The notes under the pieces: model-generated
Database searches by the model: none
What the model saw: only the letters and a program-made list of their open reading frames with translations
What the model was told of the DNA's origin: nothing
Assembly: GCF_041886205.1 (NCBI RefSeq)
Contig: NZ_CP169029.1
From: Escherichia coli
GTDB lineage: Bacteria; Pseudomonadota; Gammaproteobacteria; Enterobacterales; Enterobacteriaceae
Direction: 5' to 3' (one strand)
DNA length: 64,000 bases
Position numbers and translations under genes: made by a program
In this document: positions 40,743-52,577 of the stretch, one piece after another
Layout: each line of letters opens with the position of its first letter
How positions within the stretch are numbered: position 1 is the first letter of the stretch

Positions 40743-40787
40743 GGGGCCGTCCCCGGTGAAAAGACGCGTTTGCAGGTCGTCCTGCAA
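40743..40787 (-). ncRNA. guanidine-II (mini-ykkC) riboswitch in the gdx leader
   Basis: Two hairpins on the minus strand with ACGR tetraloops: uugcagg-ACGA-ccugcaa and gggg-ACGG-cccc, separated by a 15-nt linker, followed by GGAG Shine-Dalgarno and the gdx ATG. Confidence 0.75.
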
Positions 40788-40905
40788 AGCTGATGGTTGA
40801 ACGGATATTTTGCCAGGTGGCAGGGGAATTTCAACTATTACCTTAGTGACTATCGCAGAAAAAACAAACGGCACGACATAGCTGTCGTACCGTTATTGCT
40901 TATTG

Positions 40906-41052
40906 CTATTGCTGCGCTTTCGTTGCTGCGCCAGAAATCGCGTTACCGCCATCAGAAATGTCTTCACCAACGCCACGCGTGGTGTTGCAGGCAGTTAATA
41001 CTGTTGAAAGCACCAGAACAGAAAAGATCGCTGCAATTGTCTTCTTCACCAT
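40906..41052 (-). CDS. ecnB: entericidin B lipoprotein
   Basis: Hand-translated 48 aa [51 protein letters not shown] (not in the ORF track because under its length cutoff). Confidence 0.85.
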
Positions 41053-41162
41053 AACGTCTTCCTTTTAGGTAATGTTATTTATGTTTGCCTATAGCAAATT
41101 AATAATAGACAACATCGCCAAAAATGACGGAAATCTGATGATTTTTCGGAAGAGAAGAAAAA

Positions 41163-41288
41163 TTAGCTGGCAGCGCGAGAGATGGAGTTGCCGAGATGTT
41201 TGATGTCTTCGCCGAAACCGCGAGCGGTGTTACAGCCCGTGAGCAGCGTGCTGGCAAGCAAAACAAGAACGATAAGGCGTTTCATCAT
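41163..41288 (-). CDS. ecnA: entericidin A lipoprotein
   Basis: Hand-translated 41 aa [44 protein letters not shown]. Confidence 0.85.
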   Translation of the reverse strand: MMKRLIVLVLLASTLLTGCNTARGFGEDIKHLGNSISRAAS

Positions 41289-41339
41289 CTCTGACCTGAA
41301 TAAGTGATGGTGCAGCCTGCAGGCCGCACCACAACCGCA

Positions 41340-41906
41340 TTACTTCACGCGAGAGACGTATTCACCAGAGCGGGTATCCACTTTGATGACTTCGCCGATT
41401 TGTACGAACAGCGGAACTTTAACCACTGCGCCAGTAGACAGGGTAGCCGGTTTGCCGCCAGTACCTGCGGTATCACCTTTCAGGCCCGGATCGGTATCAA
41501 CGATTTCCAGTTCAACGAAGTTCGGCGGAGTAACGGAGATCGGCTGACCATTCCACAGAGTTACGATACACTCTGCCTGATCCAGCAGCCATTTAGCGTT
41601 GTCGCCAATTGCTTTTGCGTCAGCAGACAGCTGCTCGAAAGTTTCGTTGTTCATGAAGTGCCAGAACTCACCGTCGTTGTACAGGTAAGTCAGGTTCATA
41701 TCGACAACATCAGCGCCTTCAGCGGAATCAGTAGATTTGAAGGTTTTTTCTACGCGAGTACCGGTCAGCAGACGACGCAGTTTAACGCGAGCAAATGCCT
41801 GGCCTTTACCCGGTTTTACGAATTCACTCGCTTCAACCGCGTAAGGTTCGCCGTCTAACATGATTTTAAGACCAGCACGAAAATCGTTGCTATAGTACGT
41901 TGCCAT
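41340..41906 (-). CDS. efp: elongation factor P
   Basis: 188 aa ORF with the modified-lysine loop KPGKGQAF. Confidence 0.95.
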
Positions 41907-41947
41907 AAGGCCCTCTGAAATTTGTTAATTGGTAGCTAAGCCACAAA

Positions 41948-42976
41948 ATGGCGCATATTGTAACCCTAAATACCCCATCCAGAGAAGATTGGTTAACGCA
42001 ACTTGCCGATGTTGTGACCGATCCTGATGAACTTCTGCGTCTTTTGAATATAGACGCGGACGAAAAACTGTTGGCCGGACGCAACGCCAAAAAGCTGTTT
42101 GCCCTGCGTGTGCCCCGCTCATTTATCGATCGCATGGAGAAAGGCAATCCGGACGATCCGCTTTTGCGTCAGGTACTTACCTCGCAAGATGAGTTTGCCA
42201 TCGCGCCCGGATTCTCCACCGACCCGCTGGAAGAACAGCACAGCGTAGTGCCTGGTTTGTTGCATAAATACCACAACCGGGCGCTTTTGCTGGTCAAAGG
42301 CGGCTGCGCGGTAAATTGCCGTTATTGCTTCCGTCGCCACTTCCCTTATGCCGAAAATCAGGGCAACAAGCGTAACTGGCAAACTGCACTTGAGTATGTT
42401 GCTGCGCATCCGGAACTGGACGAGATGATTTTCTCCGGCGGCGATCCGCTGATGGCGAAAGATCACGAGCTGGACTGGTTGCTCACACAACTGGAAGCCA
42501 TCCCGCATATCAAACGTCTGCGGATTCACAGTCGTCTGCCGATTGTGATCCCGGCACGCATCACAGATGCGCTGGTTGAACGCTTTTCACATTCTACGCT
42601 GCAAATCTTGCTGGTGAATCACATCAACCATGCCAATGAGATAGATGAAACATTCCGTCAGGCGATGGCTAAGTTGCGCCGGGCGGGCGTTACTTTGCTG
42701 AACCAGAGCGTTCTGTTACGTGGTGTGAACGATAACGCACAAACGCTGGCAAACCTGAGTAATGCGTTGTTCGATGCCGGCGTGATGCCGTATTACCTGC
42801 ATGTGCTCGATAAAGTACAGGGCGCGGCGCATTTTATGGTGAGTGATGACGAAGCACGGCAGATTATGCGTGAGTTGCTGACACTGGTGTCCGGATATCT
42901 GGTGCCGAAACTGGCGCGAGAAATTGGCGGCGAACCCAGCAAAACGCCGCTGGATCTCCAGCTACGCCAGCAGTAA
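41948..42976 (+). CDS. epmB: EF-P lysine 2,3-aminomutase EpmB
   Basis: 342 aa ORF with radical-SAM CxxxCxxC motif (CAVNCRYCFRR). Confidence 0.9.
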   Translation: MAHIVTLNTPSREDWLTQLADVVTDPDELLRLLNIDADEKLLAGRNAKKLFALRVPRSFIDRMEKGNPDDPLLRQVLTSQDEFAIAPGFSTDPLEEQHSVVPGLLHKYHNRALLLVKGGCAVNCRYCFRRHFPYAENQGNKRNWQTALEYVAAHPELDEMIFSGGDPLMAKDHELDWLLTQLEAIPHIKRLRIHSRLPIVIPARITDALVERFSHSTLQILLVNHINHANEIDETFRQAMAKLRRAGVTLLNQSVLLRGVNDNAQTLANLSNALFDAGVMPYYLHVLDKVQGAAHFMVSDDEARQIMRELLTLVSGYLVPKLAREIGGEPSKTPLDLQLRQQ

Positions 42977-43008
42977 CTGATTAAACAGGGAAGTCAAAAA
43001 TTAAAATT

Positions 43009-43107
<99 letters not shown>

Positions 43108-43370
43108 AAGAGCAACAAACGCAAGTACAGCAACCTGTCATTAAACTGGGAAGTTTAATCTTTGCCCGTTGCATAACCTTTAATTATTCATATGCATTGC
43201 TGTTGTTACTTTTTATATAGCTAACACCAATAATTAACCTTTCTTTTCTGTTTATATAGAGTGAGCACGGCTATTTATGTTATTTTAACAACTATTACTA
43301 CCAAGCCCATTTATCTGGCTTATAAATTAAAATTAATTATTTAATTGAGAAATGGTTAGGGAGAACCTAC

Positions 43371-44240
43371 ATGGCCATAAGCATCAAGGGTGTTAATACC
43401 GGTGTTATTCGCAAGAGTAATAATTTCATTGCAATGGCGCTGAAAATTAAAGAACCTCGCAATAAAGAATCGTTGTTCTTTATGTCTGTCATGGAACTGC
43501 GCGACCTGCTGATTGCGCTGGAAAGTCGTCTGCATCAAAAGCATAAACTGGATGCTGCTGCACGCCTTCAGTATGAGCAAGCTCGCGATAAAGTCATTAA
43601 GAAAATGGCAGAAAACATCCCAGAAATTCTGGTTGATGAGCTTAAAAATGCCGATATTAATCGTCGGGTTAACACGCTGGAACTTACCGATAATCAAGGC
43701 GAAAATCTTACCTTCGTATTAACGCTACATGACGGTAGCAAATGTGAGTTAGTCGTCAATGAGTTGCAGATTGAAATGCTGGCGCGAGCAATCATTCATG
43801 CAATTAATAATGCGGAAATGCGTGAACTGGCATTACGTATTACCTCACTGTTAGATTTCCTGCCGTTATATGACGTTGACTGCCAGGAAAATGGCAATCT
43901 GGAATATGACACCTATTCCCAACCGGAATGGAAACATAACCTGTTCGACCATTATCTGGCGGTGCTTTACCGCTTTAAAGATGAAAGTGGCAAAGAACAA
44001 TTTAGCGGCGCAGTGGTGAAAACGCGTGAAGCAACGCCGGGTAAAGAAATAGAGGCGATCACTCGCCGAATGCTTGATTTCAGCCCACGACTGAAAAAAC
44101 TCGCGGGTGTGCCATGTCAGGTCTATGTTCGCACCGTAGCGGCGAATAACGCCCAACCGCTAACCCAGGATCAATGCTTACGCGCGCTGCATCACTTACG
44201 TGTTCAATCCACCAGCAAAACTGCACCACAGGCGAAATAA
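43371..44240 (+). CDS. yjeJ: uncharacterised protein YjeJ
   Basis: 289 aa ORF matching YjeJ; AT-rich gene preceded by a very AT-rich 5' region. Confidence 0.8.
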   Translation: MAISIKGVNTGVIRKSNNFIAMALKIKEPRNKESLFFMSVMELRDLLIALESRLHQKHKLDAAARLQYEQARDKVIKKMAENIPEILVDELKNADINRRVNTLELTDNQGENLTFVLTLHDGSKCELVVNELQIEMLARAIIHAINNAEMRELALRITSLLDFLPLYDVDCQENGNLEYDTYSQPEWKHNLFDHYLAVLYRFKDESGKEQFSGAVVKTREATPGKEIEAITRRMLDFSPRLKKLAGVPCQVYVRTVAANNAQPLTQDQCLRALHHLRVQSTSKTAPQAK

Positions 44241-44309
44241 TCTCATCTTTGCTAATGCGAGGCTGGAGCCATCCAGCCTGAAATGACTGATAACGTGATC
44301 GTTGGTCAT

Positions 44310-44408
<99 letters not shown>

Positions 44409-44432
44409 AATTATACGTTTGTCACCATCACA

Positions 44433-44786
44433 TCAGTTCGGGCACTTATAAACCTGACCGATAATCTGGCTATCCGTCGGGACAAAACTGGACAACATTC
44501 CCTGCGACGGGCTGCTGATGCCATAAATCACGTTACCGCCCATTGCAGCCGCCTGGTTGCGCAGATCGTTTGCTGCGCCGCGCATAGAACCGCCCTCTTC
44601 TCCGTGTTGCCCGGAAAGCCAGTTGCTTTGCTTACCTGTCGCAGTACCAATCAGCTGGCACTCTGCGCCTGGCTGCTCGTCCACAATGCGTACACTCTGA
44701 CCGGCAGCACTCAATTCGTTGCTGGAGCTACAACCCGCCATCAGTAGCGCGGCACCGACAATCCCTGATAAGTATTTTACGTGCAT
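44433..44786 (-). CDS. yjeI: DUF4156 lipoprotein YjeI
   Basis: Track ORF trimmed to MHVKYLSGIVGAALLMAGC start (117 aa, lipobox LMAGC). Confidence 0.8.
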   Translation of the reverse strand: MHVKYLSGIVGAALLMAGCSSSNELSAAGQSVRIVDEQPGAECQLIGTATGKQSNWLSGQHGEEGGSMRGAANDLRNQAAAMGGNVIYGISSPSQGMLSSFVPTDSQIIGQVYKCPN

Positions 44787-44923
44787 GTTATTCCCCATAA
44801 TCAATGAGCTGGACGCCACTCGCGTCGTCCGTGTCTGAATCTTATACTAGAAAGATGACCAAAAGAAAAACCCCCAGACATTTCTGCCCGGGGGTTTGTT
44901 TATTTCTGCGAGGTGCAGGGCAA

Positions 44924-46582
<1,659 letters not shown>

Positions 46583-46613
46583 TTAAATTCGTATGTTCAG
46601 TGTCGTGCGAGGA

Positions 46614-46958
<345 letters not shown>

Positions 46959-46984
46959 TTACGTGGTTTCCCGGCTGGTGACCA

Positions 46985-47020
46985 GAGAAATGGGGATGAG
47001 GATTCGCCCCTTCAAGGGGG
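46985..47020 (-). promoter_or_regulatory. sigma-32 heat-shock promoter of groSL
   Basis: On minus strand: cccccTTGAAggggcgaa ... CCCCATtTc, matching the sigma-32 -35 CTTGAA and -10 CCCCATNT consensus, about 80 nt upstream of groS. Confidence 0.75.
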
Positions 47021-47182
47021 AAAAAGAAAAAAAATTCTGATCAGCACAAAATCGGGTGAAAACCCTGATTCACCTCACATTTCATCGCAATTTCTTCATC
47101 GCCGTCATAAGCGAATCTGATTGTGCTACCATCGAAAATCTACGCAGTTGCCCAAAATTTGGGCGCAATCGGATATCAACCC

Positions 47183-48439
47183 ATGAGTGGACTCAAACAA
47201 GAACTGGGGCTGGCCCAGGGCATTGGACTGCTATCGACGTCATTATTAGGCACTGGCGTGTTTGCCGTTCCTGCGTTAGCTGCGCTGGTAGCGGGCAATA
47301 ACAGCCTGTGGGCGTGGCCCGTTTTGATTATCTTAGTGTTCCCGATTGCGATTGTGTTTGCGATTCTGGGTCGCCACTATCCCAGTGCAGGCGGCGTCGC
47401 GCACTTCGTCGGTATGGCGTTTGGTTCGCGGCTTGAGCGAGTCACCGGCTGGCTGTTTTTATCGGTCATTCCCGTGGGTTTGCCTGCCGCGCTACAAATT
47501 GCCGCCGGGTTCGGCCAGGCGATGTTTGGCTGGCATAGCTGGCAACTGTTGTTGGCAGAACTCGGTACGCTGGCGTTGGTGTGGTATATCGGTACTCGCG
47601 GTGCCAGTTCCAGTGCAAATCTACAAACCGTTATTGCCGGACTTATCGTCGCACTGATTGTCGCTATCTGGTGGGCGGGCGATATCAAACCTGCGAGTAT
47701 CCCCTTCCCCGCGCCAGGAAATATCGAACTTACCGGGTTATTTGCTGCGTTATCAGTGATGTTCTGGTGTTTTGTCGGTCTGGAAGCATTTGCCCATCTT
47801 GCCTCGGAATTTAAAAATCCAGAACGTGATTTTCCTCGTGCTTTGATGATTGGTCTGCTGCTGGCAGGATTAGTCTACTGGGGCTGTACGGTAGTCGTCT
47901 TACACTTCGACGCCTATGGTGAACAAATGGCCGCGGCAGCATCGCTTCCAAAAATTGTAGTGCAACTGTTCGGTGTAGGAGCGTTATGGATTGCCTGCGT
48001 AATTGGCTATCTGGCCTGCTTTGCCAGTCTCAACATTTATATACAGAGCTTCGCCCGCCTGGTCTGGTCGCAGGCGCAACATAATCCTGACCACTACCTG
48101 GCACGCCTCTCTTCTCGCCATATCCCGAATAATGCCCTCAATGCGGTGCTCGGCTGCTGCGTGGTGAGCACTTTGGTGATTCATGCTTTAGAGATCAATC
48201 TGGACGCTCTTATTATTTATGCCAATGGCATCTTTATTATGATTTATCTGTTATGCATGCTGGCAGGCTGTAAATTATTGCAAGGACGTTATCGACTACT
48301 GGCGGTGGTTGGCGGGCTGTTATGCGTTCTGTTACTGGCAATGGTCGGCTGGAAAAGTCTCTATGCGCTGATCATGCTGGCGGGGTTATGGCTGTTGCTG
48401 CCAAAACGAAAAACGCCGGAAAATGGCATAACCACATAA
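47183..48439 (+). CDS. yjeH: APC-family amino acid exporter YjeH
   Basis: Track ORF trimmed to MSGLKQELGLAQ start (418 aa). Confidence 0.85.
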   Translation: MSGLKQELGLAQGIGLLSTSLLGTGVFAVPALAALVAGNNSLWAWPVLIILVFPIAIVFAILGRHYPSAGGVAHFVGMAFGSRLERVTGWLFLSVIPVGLPAALQIAAGFGQAMFGWHSWQLLLAELGTLALVWYIGTRGASSSANLQTVIAGLIVALIVAIWWAGDIKPASIPFPAPGNIELTGLFAALSVMFWCFVGLEAFAHLASEFKNPERDFPRALMIGLLLAGLVYWGCTVVVLHFDAYGEQMAAAASLPKIVVQLFGVGALWIACVIGYLACFASLNIYIQSFARLVWSQAQHNPDHYLARLSSRHIPNNALNAVLGCCVVSTLVIHALEINLDALIIYANGIFIMIYLLCMLAGCKLLQGRYRLLAVVGGLLCVLLLAMVGWKSLYALIMLAGLWLLLPKRKTPENGITT

Positions 48440-48454
48440 TCCGGCGTTTCGACA

Positions 48455-48931
48455 TTAATCCTGGCGATCGTCTTTATGATCAAGGCGGTCGCGCTCATCA
48501 TCCTTTCGCTGGTACTCACCATCAAAAGTATTACCGCCACCGGTCCCGGCGCTAAAACCGCCGCCTGGCATACGAGAAAAGCGCAAATGCGGCATCAACT
48601 TCACTGTCAGATGCTTTTGCACCGGCGGTAATAAAAGCAGAAGACCGAGGAAGTCGGTGAAAAAGCCCGGTAATAAAAGCAGCAAACCGGCAATGATCAG
48701 CGAAACACTTTTAATCATCTCCGCCGCTGGGTTTTCACCCGCCGCCATTTTTTGCTGCATCAGCACGAAATTCTTAAAGCCCTGGTTACGTACCAGTGAC
48801 ATCCCGATAACTGACGTGAATATAACCAGCACGAGGGTCAGCAATACCCCCAATACATGGGCAACCTGAATAAAGATTGAAATCTCAATATAGACATAAA
48901 GGAAAATGGCAATAAAAGGTAACCAGCGCAA
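48455..48931 (-). CDS. fxsA: inner-membrane protein FxsA
   Basis: 158 aa ORF matching FxsA. Confidence 0.9.
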   Translation of the reverse strand: MRWLPFIAIFLYVYIEISIFIQVAHVLGVLLTLVLVIFTSVIGMSLVRNQGFKNFVLMQQKMAAGENPAAEMIKSVSLIIAGLLLLLPGFFTDFLGLLLLLPPVQKHLTVKLMPHLRFSRMPGGGFSAGTGGGNTFDGEYQRKDDERDRLDHKDDRQD

Positions 48932-49267
48932 AGGTTTCTCCTGTAATAGCAGCCGGTAAAACCCGGCTACCTGAATGGGTTGCGAATCGCGTTCAGCTTA
49001 TATTGTGGTCATTAGCAAAATTTCAAGATGTTTGCGCAACTATTTTTGGTAGTAATCCCAAAGCGGTGATCTATTTCACAAATTAATAATTAAGGGGTAA
49101 AAACCGACACTTAAAGTGATCCAGATTACGGTAGAAATCCTCAAGCAGCATATGATCTCGGGTATTCGGTCGATGCAGGGGATAATCGTCGGTCGAAAAA
49201 CATTCGAAACCACATATATTCTGTGTGTTTAAAGCAAATCATTGGCAGCTTGAAAAAGAAGGTTCAC

Positions 49268-50704
49268 ATGTCAAACAACATTCGTATCGAAGAAGATCTG
49301 TTGGGTACCAGGGAAGTTCCAGCTGATGCCTACTATGGTGTTCACACTCTGAGAGCGATTGAAAACTTCTATATCAGCAACAACAAAATCAGTGATATTC
49401 CTGAATTTGTTCGCGGTATGGTAATGGTTAAAAAAGCCGCAGCTATGGCAAACAAAGAGCTGCAAACCATTCCTAAAAGTGTAGCGAATGCCATCATTGC
49501 CGCATGTGATGAAGTCCTGAACAACGGAAAATGCATGGATCAGTTCCCGGTAGACGTCTACCAGGGCGGCGCAGGTACTTCCGTAAACATGAACACCAAC
49601 GAAGTGCTGGCCAATATCGGTCTGGAACTGATGGGTCACCAGAAAGGTGAATATCAGTACCTGAACCCGAACGACCATGTTAACAAATGTCAGTCCACTA
49701 ACGACGCCTACCCGACCGGTTTCCGTATCGCAGTTTACTCTTCCCTGATTAAGCTGGTAGATGCGATTAACCAACTGCGTGAAGGCTTTGAACGTAAAGC
49801 TGTCGAATTCCAGGACATCCTGAAAATGGGTCGTACCCAGCTGCAGGACGCAGTACCGATGACCCTCGGTCAGGAATTCCGCGCTTTCAGCATCCTGCTG
49901 AAAGAAGAAGTGAAAAATATCCAACGTACCGCTGAACTGCTGCTGGAAGTTAACCTTGGCGCAACAGCAATCGGTACTGGTCTGAACACGCCGAAAGAGT
50001 ACTCTCCGCTGGCAGTGAAAAAACTGGCTGAAGTCACTGGCTTCCCATGCGTACCGGCTGAAGACCTGATCGAAGCGACCTCTGACTGCGGCGCTTATGT
50101 TATGGTTCACGGCGCGCTGAAACGCCTGGCTGTGAAGATGTCCAAAATCTGTAACGACCTGCGCTTGCTCTCTTCTGGTCCACGTGCCGGCCTGAACGAG
50201 ATCAACCTGCCGGAACTGCAGGCGGGCTCTTCCATCATGCCAGCTAAAGTAAACCCGGTTGTTCCGGAAGTGGTTAACCAGGTATGCTTCAAAGTCATCG
50301 GTAACGACACCACTGTTACCATGGCAGCAGAAGCAGGTCAGCTGCAGTTGAACGTTATGGAGCCGGTCATTGGCCAGGCTATGTTCGAATCCGTTCACAT
50401 TCTGACCAACGCTTGCTACAACCTGCTGGAAAAATGCATTAACGGCATCACTGCTAACAAAGAAGTGTGCGAAGGTTACGTTTACAACTCTATCGGTATC
50501 GTTACTTACCTGAACCCGTTCATCGGTCACCACAACGGTGACATCGTGGGTAAAATCTGTGCCGAAACCGGTAAGAGTGTACGTGAAGTCGTTCTGGAAC
50601 GCGGTCTGTTGACTGAAGCGGAACTTGACGATATTTTCTCCGTACAGAATCTGATGCACCCGGCTTACAAAGCAAAACGCTATACTGATGAAAGCGAACA
50701 GTAA
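49268..50704 (+). CDS. aspA: aspartate ammonia-lyase
   Basis: Track ORF trimmed to [18 protein letters not shown] start (478 aa); fumarase/aspartase signature GSSxMPxKxN. Confidence 0.95.
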
Positions 50705-50730
50705 TCGTACAGGGTAGTACAAATAAAGAA

Positions 50731-50756
50731 GGCACGTCAGATGACGTGCCTTTTTT
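50731..50756 (+). terminator. Rho-independent terminator after aspA
   Basis: Hairpin ggcacgtca-g-atgacgtgcc followed by tttttt, 26 nt after aspA stop. Confidence 0.7.
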
Positions 50757-50821
50757 CTTGTGAGCAGTAACTTAAAAACAACAATCTAATATCAACTTGT
50801 TAAAAAACAAGGAAGGCTAAT

Positions 50822-52123
50822 ATGCTAGTTGTAGAACTCATCATAGTTTTGCTGGCGATCTTCTTGGGCGCCAGATTGGGGGGAATAGGTATTGGTTTTG
50901 CAGGCGGATTGGGGGTGCTGGTTCTTGCCGCTATTGGCGTTAAACCCGGTAACATCCCGTTCGATGTCATTTCCATTATCATGGCGGTTATCGCCGCTAT
51001 TTCTGCCATGCAGGTTGCTGGCGGTCTGGACTATCTGGTTCATCAGACAGAAAAGCTGCTGCGCCGTAACCCGAAATACATCACGATCCTCGCACCTATC
51101 GTGACCTATTTCCTGACAATCTTTGCTGGTACTGGCAACATCTCTCTGGCGACACTGCCAGTTATCGCTGAAGTTGCGAAGGAACAAGGCGTTAAACCTT
51201 GCCGTCCGCTGTCTACTGCAGTGGTATCCGCGCAGATTGCGATCACCGCATCGCCAATCTCAGCGGCAGTGGTTTACATGTCTTCCGTGATGGAAGGTCA
51301 TGGCATCAGCTACCTCCATCTGCTCTCCGTGGTCATCCCGTCCACCCTGCTGGCGGTTCTGGTGATGTCCTTTCTGGTCACTATGCTGTTCAACTCCAAA
51401 CTCTCTGACGATCCGATTTATCGCAAGCGTCTGGAAGAGGGCTTGGTTGAACTGCGCGGTGAAAAGCAGATTGAAATCAAATCCGGTGCAAAAACGTCCG
51501 TTTGGCTGTTCCTGCTGGGCGTAGTTGGCGTGGTTATCTATGCAATCATCAACAGCCCAAGCATGGGTCTGGTTGAAAAACCGCTGATGAACACCACCAA
51601 CGCAATCCTGATCATCATGCTCAGCGTTGCAACTCTGACCACCGTTATCTGTAAAGTCGATACCGACAACATCCTCAACTCCAGCACCTTCAAAGCAGGT
51701 ATGAGCGCCTGTATTTGTATCCTGGGTGTTGCGTGGCTGGGCGATACTTTCGTTTCCAACAACATCGACTGGATCAAAGATACCGCTGGTGAAGTGATTC
51801 AGGGTCATCCGTGGCTGCTGGCCGTCATCTTCTTCTTTGCTTCTGCTCTGCTGTACTCTCAGGCTGCAACCGCAAAAGCACTGATGCCGATGGCTCTGGC
51901 ACTGAACGTTTCTCCGCTGACCGCTGTTGCTTCTTTCGCTGCGGTGTCTGGTCTGTTCATTCTGCCGACCTATCCGACGCTGGTTGCTGCGGTACAGATG
52001 GATGACACGGGTACTACCCGTATCGGTAAATTCGTCTTCAACCATCCGTTCTTCATCCCGGGTACTCTGGGTGTTGCCCTGGCCGTTTGCTTCGGCTTCG
52101 TGCTGGGTAGCTTCATGCTGTAA
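50822..52123 (+). CDS. dcuA: anaerobic C4-dicarboxylate transporter DcuA
   Basis: 433 aa polytopic membrane ORF matching DcuA. Confidence 0.95.
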   Translation: MLVVELIIVLLAIFLGARLGGIGIGFAGGLGVLVLAAIGVKPGNIPFDVISIIMAVIAAISAMQVAGGLDYLVHQTEKLLRRNPKYITILAPIVTYFLTIFAGTGNISLATLPVIAEVAKEQGVKPCRPLSTAVVSAQIAITASPISAAVVYMSSVMEGHGISYLHLLSVVIPSTLLAVLVMSFLVTMLFNSKLSDDPIYRKRLEEGLVELRGEKQIEIKSGAKTSVWLFLLGVVGVVIYAIINSPSMGLVEKPLMNTTNAILIIMLSVATLTTVICKVDTDNILNSSTFKAGMSACICILGVAWLGDTFVSNNIDWIKDTAGEVIQGHPWLLAVIFFFASALLYSQAATAKALMPMALALNVSPLTAVASFAAVSGLFILPTYPTLVAAVQMDDTGTTRIGKFVFNHPFFIPGTLGVALAVCFGFVLGSFML

Positions 52124-52238
52124 TGACCAATCGCGGGGCGTTCACGCCCCGCTTTCTTTCCCGCCGACTAACATCCTTCCCCCGTCCGTTGTATAGTGAC
52201 CTCTCTCTTGCGGTTCCATCTGTTCTTGCGAGGTGTTT

Positions 52239-52577
52239 ATGCTTGATGAAAAAAGTTCGAATACCGCGTCTGTCGTGGTGCTATGTACGGCACCAGATGA
52301 AGCGACAGCCCAGGATTTAGCCGCCAAAGTGCTGGCGGAAAAACTGGCGGCCTGCGCGACCTTGATCCCCGGCGCTACCTCTCTCTATTACTGGGAAGGT
52401 AAGCTGGAGCAAGAATACGAAGTGCAGATGATTTTAAAAACTACCGTATCTCACCAGCAGGCACTGCTGGAATGCCTGAAGTCTCATCATCCATATCAAA
52501 CCCCGGAACTTCTGGTTTTACCTGTTACACACGGAGACACAGATTACCTCTCATGGCTCAACGCATCTTTACGCTGA
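52239..52577 (+). CDS. cutA: divalent-cation tolerance protein CutA
   Basis: Track ORF trimmed to [15 protein letters not shown] start (112 aa). Confidence 0.9.

Noticed and set aside
40725-40874. N-terminal extension making gdx 155 aa
   Set aside because: Extension covers the guanidine-II riboswitch hairpins; the real product is the 105 aa SMR protein
49271-50722. 483 aa minus-strand ORF
   Set aside because: Antisense mirror of aspA; low-complexity composition, no start context; aspA on the plus strand is certain
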